Shown: piece by piece, positions 32,318 to 40,467 of the stretch
Position numbering within the stretch: position 1 is the first letter of the stretch
Layout: the number at the start of each line of letters is the position of its first letter
Source: Acidobacteriota bacterium
GTDB taxonomy: Bacteria; Acidobacteriota; Vicinamibacteria; Vicinamibacterales; UBA2999
DNA: 64,000 bases
Reading direction: 5' to 3'
NCBI GenBank assembly: GCA_052389315.1
Contig: JBQTIE010000178.1
Coordinates: 5,923 to 69,922 of the forward strand
The notes under the pieces: model-generated
The model's database searches: none
Seen by the model: the letters and a program-made list of their open reading frames with translations, nothing else
Told to the model about the DNA's origin: nothing
Made by a program: the position numbers and the translations under genes

Positions 32318-32411
32318 GGAAGGAGGGCGAGGCCGTTCGCCGGCCGCGTCTCGCGCGTGTTCGGCGCGCTGCGCGACGTGCCGCCGCGCGCGGCGTCCAT
32401 CGGCGATACGA

Positions 32412-32417
32412 TATAAT
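32412..32417 (+). promoter_or_regulatory. -10 box TATAAT upstream of tRNA-Ala
   Basis: gaTATAATcgtggtttgtcgagg precedes the mature 5' end, with 15 nt between the hexamer and tRNA nt 1. No convincing -35. Confidence 0.35.
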
Positions 32418-32432
32418 CGTGGTTTGTCGAGG

Positions 32433-32508
32433 GGGCGGCTAGCTCAGTTGGGAGAGCGCCGCGTTCGCAACGCGGAGGTCGGGAGTTCGAGCCTCCTGCC
32501 GTCCACCA
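32433..32508 (+). tRNA. tRNA-Ala (anticodon CGC), CCA encoded
   Basis: 76 nt, folded by hand into a cloverleaf. Acceptor GGGCGGC/GCCGTCC with the G3:U70 alanine identity pair. D-arm GCTC-AGTTGGGA-GAGC, anticodon loop TTCGCAA, T-arm GGGAG-TTCGAGC-CTCCT, discriminator A, CCA. Confidence 0.95.
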
Positions 32509-32727
32509 CTTTTGCCTCGCAAAGGCCGAAAATTCTCCGGCCTCCATTTCAGCGATTGCCTTCTGCTCGAGCGTTTGTGACCAGTGTGTGACCACGGACG
32601 AGGAGCTGAGCGCCCCGATCCTCTGTTCGTCGGTCGTGAGCGTGTACCGGGCGCGCAAAGCGCGTTGACGACTGGCTACCCTCCTTCCTCTCGCAGAGCG
32701 GACCCCTGCGCCAGGTTTGACCGCCCA

Positions 32728-35397
32728 TCAATTGTGCCGCAGCGACTGCGCGGGATCGATGGCGAGGACGCGCCGAGCGGGCACGTAGCAGGCGGCGAGC
32801 GAGACCAGGCCGAGCCCGAGCGCGACTGCGATCAGCGTGGGTGGGTCCGTCCGCGACACCCCCACCAGCACGCCGTGCATCAGCCCTCCCATGGCGTACA
32901 CGCCCGGGAGACCGACCAATACCCCGAGCGCCACGAGCCGTCCGCCATCGGCAATCACGAGCCGAAGGATCCCGCGGTGGTCGGCGCCAAGCGCGAGGCG
33001 CACGGCTAGCTCGTGACGGCGGCGCGTCACCGACGCCGAGACGACGCCGAAGAGTCCCATCGCCGCCAGCAGCAGCGCACCCAGCGCGAAGCCGGCGATG
33101 AGCACCGCGCTGACACGCTGCTGGCGGAGGGCGTCGCCGACGAGGTCCTCCAGCGTTTGGACGTTGGCCACGGCCAGCCGCGGTTCGATCTGCCGTACGA
33201 CCGCACGGGCCTCCGGCATGAGCCCGCGAGGATCTCGCTCCGTCCGCAGCACGAACGAGAGGCTGCGATACCTCCAATCCTCGGCTCGAAGGAACAGTTG
33301 TGGGCGGCCGTCCCGATCGACGTCGTACTGTCTGGCCTGCTCGACGACGCCGACGATCGTCAGCTCGGTCTTCTCGCCAAATGGAATCGTCGCGCCGAGC
33401 GGGCTGCGGCCTGGGAAGAACTGGGCCGCGAGCAGGCGGTCGATGAGCGCCTCCCGGATTCCCTCCCGGCGCACCTGGTCGAAGGCCCGACCCGCCACCA
33501 CACGCATGCCCATGACGTCGAAATAGCCGGCGCGCACCCCGATGTAGTCCACGAGCGGCGCGTCCTTGTCGGCGTCTCCCGTGTTGCCCGGCGCGCCCGG
33601 GATGCGGATGGCACTCTGGTTCGCGGAGGCCGTCAGGGGCAGGGCGGCGGTCGCGCTGACGCCGGTTACGCCGGGCACTGCTGCGAGCGCGTCGTGCAGG
33701 CGCGTCTGCAGCGCCTGCACTTCCTCATCCTTCGGGAACAGCTGGACCGGCATCGGCACCCGCAGCGTGAGCACGCCTTCCGGCCGGAAACCCGGGTCGG
33801 CGCGCAACAGGCGATCGAAGCTGCGCACGACGAGCCCGCCGGCGCCGAGGAGCACGATGGAGAGTGCCACTTGCGCGACGACCATGCCGCGGCGCAGCCG
33901 GCCCTGTCCGCCGCCCCCTCGCACGGCGCTGGCCGAGAGCATGGCCGAAAGCGACATGCGTCCCGCCCACACCGCCGGCGCGGTGGCCGCGACGAGTCCA
34001 ATGAGCCCGCCCCCCGCGACAATCGTCGCGGCGATCTGCCAGTCGACGGCGACCGCTTCCCGACGCGGCAGATCGAGCGGCGCCAGCGCGACGAGCGCTC
34101 GAGTCGCCCAGAAAGCCGCGAGCGCACCGGCGGCCCCGCCGAAAAGGCCCAGCATCGTGCCCTCGAACAGGGTCGCGCGCACCACGGCGAGGCCGTTGGC
34201 GCCGAGCGCACGCGACACGGCGAATTCCTGCTCGCGTTGCGCGGCCCGCGCGAGCAGGACCGATCCAAGAATGGCGATGAGCACAAGGGTCAGAAAAACG
34301 CCGGCCAGCCCCAGCGCGACGAGCGCGGGGCGAATCTCCTCGACAAGGTCGGGCTTCAGGCCGACCGGATAGAGCTCGAGGCCGCGACCGCGAAAATCGC
34401 GCGCGTCCACGGTCTCGCCGACCACGTCCACCGCCGTGGCCACCTCTTGCGGGGATGCGCCGCGGCGCGCCCGGATGAGCCCCGCGTTTGATCCTGCGTT
34501 CGGACTCGTGTCCGGGAGGTTGACGGCAAAAGTGATGTACGCATCAGCCCCCTGCGGCGCCCCGAGGCTGGCGTGGCGCATGAACGCGAAGCTGGGCGGC
34601 ATGACGCCGATGACGGTGTACGGCTCGCCGTTGAGCCGAACGTCCGTCCCCACGAGGCTGACACTGGCGCCCATCCGCGTCCACAGCTCATGGGTCAAGA
34701 CGACGACCGGTGCGCGTTTGGGACCGATCTCATCAGCCGCAAAGCCGCGGCCAAGCACAGGCGCAGTCCCCAGCACATCGAAGAGGTTCGGCGTGGTGAC
34801 GATGACCGCGATTTCAGCCGGCTCGCCACCTTCGCGCGCCGCCACCGTCGTGAGCTGCCGGCCCAGGCCCACCGCCGCCTCGATGACGCCGCCAGCCTTC
34901 TGGAGTTCGGCGACGTCGGGGCCGGCCAGCCAGCCCCGCGTCAGTTCGAACATCGGTCCGTAATCGCGCCATACGAAATACAGGTCGTCGGGATCGTCGT
35001 AGGGCATCGGTGCGATGAGGACCTTCTGCACCGCGGTGTACACGACCGCCAAGGTCCCCAGTCCAACGGTCAACGTGGCGACGACCGCCGCGACGAGCGC
35101 CGGAGCCCGTACCAGCCGCCGCACGGCCAGCTCGGCGTCCCGGCCCAGGGCTCGGCGCCGCCAGGGGCTCGTGGGGGATCCTCGTTCGCCTGGCCCGTTG
35201 CGCAACGAATCGCTCAGCGCGCGGATCCAGATGCCAGTCAGGCCCGACATGCCGCGGCGCGCGAGCGCCTCGCGCGCCCGATCCCGATAGGTCTCCACAA
35301 ACGCCTGACCCAGCTCGTGGCGGAAGTCGGCGGGATAGAGCCGCAGCAGCAGTCGAAAGTAGCGATCCGAAATCCTCAGCAGCCAGTCGCCGCTCAT
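32728..35397 (-). CDS. duplicated FtsX/MacB-type permease without ATPase (ADOP family)
   Basis: 889 aa. N-terminal RYFRLLLRLYPADFRHELGQAF leader, then two MacB-like periplasmic-domain plus FtsX 4-helix modules. The ATG overlaps the padR stop (ATGA). Confidence 0.85.
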   Translation of the reverse strand: MSGDWLLRISDRYFRLLLRLYPADFRHELGQAFVETYRDRAREALARRGMSGLTGIWIRALSDSLRNGPGERGSPTSPWRRRALGRDAELAVRRLVRAPALVAAVVATLTVGLGTLAVVYTAVQKVLIAPMPYDDPDDLYFVWRDYGPMFELTRGWLAGPDVAELQKAGGVIEAAVGLGRQLTTVAAREGGEPAEIAVIVTTPNLFDVLGTAPVLGRGFAADEIGPKRAPVVVLTHELWTRMGASVSLVGTDVRLNGEPYTVIGVMPPSFAFMRHASLGAPQGADAYITFAVNLPDTSPNAGSNAGLIRARRGASPQEVATAVDVVGETVDARDFRGRGLELYPVGLKPDLVEEIRPALVALGLAGVFLTLVLIAILGSVLLARAAQREQEFAVSRALGANGLAVVRATLFEGTMLGLFGGAAGALAAFWATRALVALAPLDLPRREAVAVDWQIAATIVAGGGLIGLVAATAPAVWAGRMSLSAMLSASAVRGGGGQGRLRRGMVVAQVALSIVLLGAGGLVVRSFDRLLRADPGFRPEGVLTLRVPMPVQLFPKDEEVQALQTRLHDALAAVPGVTGVSATAALPLTASANQSAIRIPGAPGNTGDADKDAPLVDYIGVRAGYFDVMGMRVVAGRAFDQVRREGIREALIDRLLAAQFFPGRSPLGATIPFGEKTELTIVGVVEQARQYDVDRDGRPQLFLRAEDWRYRSLSFVLRTERDPRGLMPEARAVVRQIEPRLAVANVQTLEDLVGDALRQQRVSAVLIAGFALGALLLAAMGLFGVVSASVTRRRHELAVRLALGADHRGILRLVIADGGRLVALGVLVGLPGVYAMGGLMHGVLVGVSRTDPPTLIAVALGLGLVSLAACYVPARRVLAIDPAQSLRHN

Positions 35398-35759
35398 CGT
35401 TCGGCTCTCGCCAGCAGGCCCGCGCCCCGCGCGGCCCGTGTCAATGCAACGAGGCGCTGCGCCTGGGCACGCGCGAACCTCAGGCCTCGGTCGGTAATGC
35501 GGTAATAGTTGCGGCGCTCGTCGCCGGCATCTGGCGCGGGCCTCCGCGGCGTCGATTCGATGAGCCGGGTGTCGACCATGCGGGCCAGCGCGCGGTACAT
35601 GGTGCCGACGTCGGGCACGGCCGCCGCGTCGCGCGTCTGGATGTCACGGAGGATGCCGTAGCCGTGGCGCTCACCGGCGGCCAGGCTGATGAGGATGTGG
35701 AACTCCACCGCCCGCAGCGGGGAGGCGTCCAGTCCGAGCCGGTCCCGATCCATGCCCAT
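35394..35759 (-). CDS. PadR-family transcriptional regulator
   Basis: 121 aa from ATG 35759. Winged-helix region FHILISLAAGERHGYGILRDIQ...VPDVGTMYRALARMVD. AAGGAGGG SD 9 nt upstream. ORF-track start 36023 is unsupported. Confidence 0.85.
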   Translation of the reverse strand: MGMDRDRLGLDASPLRAVEFHILISLAAGERHGYGILRDIQTRDAAAVPDVGTMYRALARMVDTRLIESTPRRPAPDAGDERRNYYRITDRGLRFARAQAQRLVALTRAARGAGLLARAER

Positions 35760-35784
35760 GGGCGCGTGCCCTCCTTGTGCCGTA

Positions 35785-35816
35785 CATATATGCGTGACGC
35801 ATGCACATCCTGTCAA
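35785..35816 (-). promoter_or_regulatory. padR promoter with palindromic operator in the spacer
   Basis: Minus strand reads TTGACA-ggatgtgc-ATGCGTcACGCAT-ATATG. Perfect -35, an A/T-rich -10 region (CATATA/TATATG), and a perfect 6-1-6 inverted repeat at 35790-35802. Confidence 0.5.
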
Positions 35817-35928
35817 GGGCAAAAGCCACGGTATCGGACCACGCCTCTCGATTTCGCAAGCAACGGCGCACCCGGCCGTCCCGCAGTCACGCTTTGACTT
35901 TCCTTCTCGTTCAGGCGTCCAATAGATC

Positions 35929-36597
35929 ATGACCCGCTCGGCCCTTGGGCTCATGGCCCTCTGTCTCGTCGTCCTCCCCGGCCGGGCGCAACAGCCTCGC
36001 GAGACGGCGGCGGAGTTCGCCAATCGGGTTCAGCAGCGTTACGACACCATCCGTGACTTCGAGGCGGACTTCGTGCAGAGCTACGAAGGTGGGATCCTTC
36101 GGACCAAGACCGTCGAGCGTGGGACGGTGGCGATCAAGCGCCCCGGCAAGATGCGGTGGATCTACACCCGCCCCGAGCGCAAGGAGTTCGTGTCGAACGG
36201 ACAGCGTGTGTACTCGTACCTTCCGGAAGACAAGCAGGTGATCGTCGGGCCCGTCCCGTCGGCCGGAGAAACGACGCCGGGCTTGTTCCTGGCCGGGCGT
36301 GGCCACCTCGTCCGCGACTTCACCACGACCTTCACAGAACTACCCGAACCGGCACGCCAGTTAGCGGGCTTGAAGCTGGTCCCCCGGCATGCCGACCCCG
36401 AGTTCGAGTGGCTGACGATCGGCGTGGATCCGTCGACCCTTCAGCTCCGATTCCTGCTGGCCACCGACCACCAGGGCGGGCGTTCGACCTTTGAATTCAG
36501 TAACATGAAGGAAAATAGGAACTTGTCCGATAAGGTCTTCGAGTTTCAGATTCCCCGCGGCGTCGACGTGATCACCAACGGCATACCCGTGAAATAG
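35929..36597 (+). CDS. lolA: outer-membrane lipoprotein carrier protein
   Basis: 222 aa. Signal peptide, then FANRVQQRYDTIRDFEADFVQ...GTVAIKRPGKMRWIY...VSNGQRVYSYLPEDKQVIV, typical of LolA. Confidence 0.85.
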   Translation: MTRSALGLMALCLVVLPGRAQQPRETAAEFANRVQQRYDTIRDFEADFVQSYEGGILRTKTVERGTVAIKRPGKMRWIYTRPERKEFVSNGQRVYSYLPEDKQVIVGPVPSAGETTPGLFLAGRGHLVRDFTTTFTELPEPARQLAGLKLVPRHADPEFEWLTIGVDPSTLQLRFLLATDHQGGRSTFEFSNMKENRNLSDKVFEFQIPRGVDVITNGIPVK

Positions 36598-36615
36598 GCA
36601 GGAGGCGCGCACGTC

Positions 36616-38454
36616 TTGATCCGCACCACGACGCTTCTGCTCTGCCTGGTTGTTTCCGCCGCCGGCTGCGCGACCAATGCCGCTCTTCGTGCCGGACGGC
36701 TCGCGGAGAGCCAGCAGGACTTCGACCGCGCGGTCGTCGAGTACACCAAGGTGGTCCGGGCGCGCCCCAACGATCGCATGGCGCGCGCCGCCCTCGAGCA
36801 GGTCAAGCTTCGTGCTTCCCAGGATCACTTCACGCGCGCGCGGCGGCTGGCATCGATCGGGAAGTTCGAAGACGCCCTCATCGAATACCAACTCGCCTCC
36901 GAGCTGAACCCGGCGAGCGCCAGCATCCAGGAGGAGATGCGCACGGTCCGCGCACAAATCCGGGCGAAGATCGCCGTCAGCCAAGACGGCCGCACTCAGC
37001 TCGAGACGCTCATCGCCCAGAGCATGGAGGCACCTCTGCCCGGCTCCGACGTGCCAGAGGACGTGGCGCTGCCCGACACCCTCGTGTTTCGCGACGCCAA
37101 CACGCGGGAGGTCTTCACCGCGATCGGCAAGTTCGCCAACGTCAGCATCGTCTTCGATCCGACGTTCCGCGATCAGCCCATCAGCATCGACCTTCGGAAC
37201 CTGAAGCTGTCCGATGCGCTCAGCGCCGTCGCCGGCGCCACGCGCGCCTTCTGGAAGGCCTCGCCTCAGCGAACGGTGACGATCGTCCCGGACACCCCAG
37301 CCAAGCGCCGGGAGTACGAAGACGAGATCGTGAGGACGTTCTACCTGAGCAATGCGGACCTGAAGGAGACCATCGACATCCTGCGCATCGTGGTCGACGC
37401 GCGACGGCTGGCCCAGATGTCGGCCACCAATGCGATCACGATCAAGGACACGCCGGAGCGCATCGCCGCTGCCGGCCGCATCATCACCGCCCTCGACAAG
37501 GCTCGTCCCGAGGTGATCATCGACGTTGAGCTGATGGAAGTCGATCGGACCCGGATGAAGGAGTACGGCCTGCAAATCGCCTCGCCGGCCAGCGTGGGCG
37601 TGAGCGGCCAGGCCGACGTCAATAGCAAGGACCTGACGCTGCGCAATCTGCGGAACCTTTCCCAGTCGGCTGTCTCCCTGACGAACCTGCCCGGCCTGTA
37701 CTACCGCCTGCTGAAGACTGACAGCGCCACGCGCGTGCTGGCCAATCCTCAGCTCCGCACGTCCGAAGGCATCGCGGCGCAGGCGCGGTTTGGCGAACGG
37801 GTGCCCGTCCCGGTCACCACCTTCGCCCCCATCGCCGCCGGGGGTGTGCAGACCCAACCGATCACCTCGTTCAACTACGAGAACATCGGCGTGAACATCG
37901 ACCTCACGCCCCGCACACATCACGATGACGATGTCTCGTTGGCGGTGAAGATCGAGGTGAGCAGCATTTCAGGCACCGGGTTTGGCGGGTTGCCGACCTT
38001 CGGCAACCGCGCCATCAGCACGGTGATTCGCCTCAAGGACGGCGAGACGAACATGCTGGCTGGCCTCATCCGCGACGATGAGCGCCAGGTGCTGTCCGGC
38101 ATTCCGGGACTGAGCGACCTGCCGGTGGTGGGCCGGCTGTTCGCGCACAACCGCCGCGAGACGCAGGAAACCGACATCATCCTGACCTTGACGCCTCGGA
38201 TTGTCCGGGTCCTCGATCTCACGGCTGAGGACTTGCTGCCGTTCCGCGTCGGACGCGACAGCGGCGCCCCGCTCATCGACATTCCTCTGCCCATGCCGAC
38301 GCCGGCTCGGCCACCGGCCGATGCCCCGGACAGCGGTACGTTCATCGTTCCGGGACAGACCTCCCCGACCGTCCCCCTGCTGCCCATCCCACAGCCGGCA
38401 CAACCCGTACGGCCGCCGGACCCCAAGAAGCCCCCGCCGCCCCCGATACACTAG
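36616..38454 (+). CDS. secretin-family outer-membrane lipoprotein with N-terminal TPR and Pro-rich C-terminal tail
   Basis: TTG start 10 nt after a GGAGG. Lipobox LVVSAAGC and TPR-like helices. N0/N1-type domains (VFTAIGKFANVSIVFD). Secretin core (VLANPQLRTSEG, GIPGLSDLPVVGRLF, DIILTLTPRIV). The last 60 aa or so are Pro-rich and end PPPPPIH. Confidence 0.85.
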   Translation: MIRTTTLLLCLVVSAAGCATNAALRAGRLAESQQDFDRAVVEYTKVVRARPNDRMARAALEQVKLRASQDHFTRARRLASIGKFEDALIEYQLASELNPASASIQEEMRTVRAQIRAKIAVSQDGRTQLETLIAQSMEAPLPGSDVPEDVALPDTLVFRDANTREVFTAIGKFANVSIVFDPTFRDQPISIDLRNLKLSDALSAVAGATRAFWKASPQRTVTIVPDTPAKRREYEDEIVRTFYLSNADLKETIDILRIVVDARRLAQMSATNAITIKDTPERIAAAGRIITALDKARPEVIIDVELMEVDRTRMKEYGLQIASPASVGVSGQADVNSKDLTLRNLRNLSQSAVSLTNLPGLYYRLLKTDSATRVLANPQLRTSEGIAAQARFGERVPVPVTTFAPIAAGGVQTQPITSFNYENIGVNIDLTPRTHHDDDVSLAVKIEVSSISGTGFGGLPTFGNRAISTVIRLKDGETNMLAGLIRDDERQVLSGIPGLSDLPVVGRLFAHNRRETQETDIILTLTPRIVRVLDLTAEDLLPFRVGRDSGAPLIDIPLPMPTPARPPADAPDSGTFIVPGQTSPTVPLLPIPQPAQPVRPPDPKKPPPPPIH

Positions 38455-38679
38455 CGATACCGCCAAGCCGCGCGATCCGTGGCTGCGTCAAGTGACACGT
38501 AGAGCCGTCACGCTGGCTCCTTGGCCGACGGCACGCACAGCTCACCGGCTTGCAGAGGCTCGGTGCCCTCGCCCGAAGCGCCGTGCGCCCGCCGTCAGCG
38601 GTGCCTTCGCGAGGTCGATCGGGCGTCGAGCTGTCTCGGAGCGCCACAGCGCCACGGTCGCGTCCTGCTCTCTCGAGGG

Positions 38680-38898
38680 TCAGGCCTCGCGCAGCGATCT
38701 GCGGAAGCACGCCACTCGCTCCACCTCCTCGAACCCCACTGCCAGATGAGCGGCGACAAACACGACCGGCGCCCTCAATCGCTCCTCGAAGTACCGGTGC
38801 GTCTCATCGTCGTGTGCTGAGGGAGAGCCTGGCCACAGTGCCTCGCGCAGGCGAGCCCAGTCGGCGCGGTCGCCCGGGGCGATTTCCCTGATCGTCAC
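38680..38898 (-). pseudogene. 72-aa AAC(6')-like GNAT remnant lacking the acetyl-CoA-binding core
   Basis: MTIREIAPGDRADWARLREALWP resembles the N-terminus of this GNAT subgroup, and VGFEEVERVACFRRSL resembles its extreme C-terminus. No R/QxxGxG/A motif. No continuation found in the other two frames downstream. Confidence 0.4.
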
Positions 38899-39202
38899 CA
38901 GTCGGGTCTCGCCCGCCGCCTGACGCTTCGGATGAAGCCCGCCCTCTCACACTTCACGCCGCGGCGGCTCCATGTCGCCTGGTTCACAGGTGGTCGGCAT
39001 CAGCGGCTGGCCGCGTCGAGTGCACATCGCCCCCAGATGCCGGCGGAATGAAAGGCTACCACGCCCCAGTCGCCCCCTGATCGGCACGCGAGACATCGCA
39101 GATCGAGGGCCGTGGCCGGCGAGTCCCTGACGCTGCCTCAAACTGCCGGGCCGTCGTTGGCGGCTGGCCGGCCGGTCACCCCTGGTCCGTGCCCGCCCGC
39201 CG

Positions 39203-40459
39203 TCAGCCCACACGCGACACCCGGGCACCCATGGCCTCCAGCCGCTCGACGAGCCGCGCGTATCCTCGCTCGACCACCTCGAGCTGGTCGACACGGCTCT
39301 GACCCTCTGCGGCCAAAGCGGCCGCGATCAACGCCATTCCCGATCTGATGTCTCGACTATCGAGCTGCTTGCCCCGCAGGCGCGTGGGACCGGTCACGAT
39401 GATGCGGTGAGGATCGCAGAGGAAGAGATCTGCCCCCATGCCGCTCATCTGCTCGAGCGAGTAGAGCCGTAGTTCATACAGCCAGTCGTGGACCAGCGTG
39501 GACCCGGTCGCCTGGGTGGCCAGCACGGTGACGAGGCTCACCAGGTCGCTGGGGAAACCGGGCCAAAGGCCCGTGGTGATGCGACCGGCGTTGGTCAACT
39601 TGCCGGGTTGAGCCCGAAACACCGTGCCGTCGTGCTCGCAGTGCACGTTCATCTTCGTGAGCACGGCCGAGACGACTTCCATGTCCACTTCGCGCGTCCC
39701 GACGACCTCGATCTCTCCTCCCGTGATCGCCGCGACGACGGCCCAGCTGCCTGCCTCCACGTAGTCACCCCAGAGCGACCGCCTGGCGCCGCCGAGACGG
39801 GCCACGCCCTCCACCGTGATCGTCGGCCCGCCTCCCCCAGTGACGCGGGCGCCCATTGCGGTGAGGAACTCGCAGAGCTCCACCACATGCGGTTCACAGG
39901 CCGCGTGGCGAATCTCGGTGCGTCCGGCAGCTGCAGCCGCAGCGAGCAGCGCCGTCTCGGTTCCGGTGACCGAGGCTTCTTCAAGGTAGCACGAGCCGGG
40001 TCGCAGACCCGCAGGCGCCTCCAAGACGTGGCCATGGCCGGCGGCCACGCGGACGCCGAGATGCGAAAGGGCGTCCAGATGGGTCTTGATGGTGCGGCGC
40101 GTCGGAAAGTCGCCGCCGGGCGGCGCAACGTGCGCGCGACCCCGGCGCGCAATCAGTGGGCCCAGGAGCAGTACCGAGCCACGGAGCCTTCCGACCAAGT
40201 GGGGGTCCGGCTCGTCCTTGACGATCTCACGGCATCGGATCGTAAGCGTCGTCGTCCCGATGCCCTCGACCTCGGCTCCGAGGTCGAGCAGCAGCCGGCA
40301 CATCACGTCAACGTCAGCGATGCGCGGCACGTTGCTCAACACACATTCGCGATCCGTCAGCAGACACGCGGCGATGAGCGGAAGTGCCGCGTTCTTGTTA
40401 CCGTCTACGGCCAGCCGGCCGCGCAGCGGATGGCCGCCTTCGATGACGAGCGTCGACAT
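39203..40459 (-). CDS. murA: UDP-N-acetylglucosamine 1-carboxyvinyltransferase (Asp at the fosfomycin-target position)
   Basis: 418 aa from ATG 40459 (MSTLVIEGGHPLRGRLAVDGNKNAALPLIAACLL). Active-site loop reads PPGGDFPTRR where E. coli has LPGGCAIGARP. Confidence 0.93.
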   Translation of the reverse strand: MSTLVIEGGHPLRGRLAVDGNKNAALPLIAACLLTDRECVLSNVPRIADVDVMCRLLLDLGAEVEGIGTTTLTIRCREIVKDEPDPHLVGRLRGSVLLLGPLIARRGRAHVAPPGGDFPTRRTIKTHLDALSHLGVRVAAGHGHVLEAPAGLRPGSCYLEEASVTGTETALLAAAAAAGRTEIRHAACEPHVVELCEFLTAMGARVTGGGGPTITVEGVARLGGARRSLWGDYVEAGSWAVVAAITGGEIEVVGTREVDMEVVSAVLTKMNVHCEHDGTVFRAQPGKLTNAGRITTGLWPGFPSDLVSLVTVLATQATGSTLVHDWLYELRLYSLEQMSGMGADLFLCDPHRIIVTGPTRLRGKQLDSRDIRSGMALIAAALAAEGQSRVDQLEVVERGYARLVERLEAMGARVSRVG

Positions 40460-40467
40460 GTCTGCAT

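Noticed and set aside
32509-32727. Possible integrase or genomic-island remnant next to the tRNA-Ala 3' end, including the minus-strand ORF 32275-32658 and a tandem TGTGACCA repeat spaced 11 nt apart
   Set aside because: That ORF runs straight through the tRNA on the opposite strand, and its product has no recombinase motifs. I found no copy of the tRNA 3' end that could serve as an att site. The 8-mer repeat alone is too short to interpret.
33013-34491. 492-aa plus-strand ORF inside the ADOP permease gene, and the 520-aa minus-strand ORF at 36361-37923 inside the secretin gene
   Set aside because: Both are antisense to genes with recognisable domain architecture. Their compositions are biased (Arg, Gly, Asp, His) and they have no motifs. 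I treat them as GC-driven shadow ORFs.
35894-35928. lolA promoter (TTGACT at 35894 with TCCAAT or CAATAG as -10) and a possible leaderless lolA
   Set aside because: The -35 is good, but every -10 candidate is weak (no A at position 2) and the spacing is ambiguous (18-20 nt). I left it unannotated.
38947-39294. 115-aa minus-strand ORF and 78-aa plus-strand ORF (39112-39348) in the gap next to murA
   Set aside because: Both overlap the murA 3' end and have Arg/Pro/Gly-rich compositions with no motifs or start-site signals. They are probably spurious. The region is discussed only as unusually long non-coding DNA.
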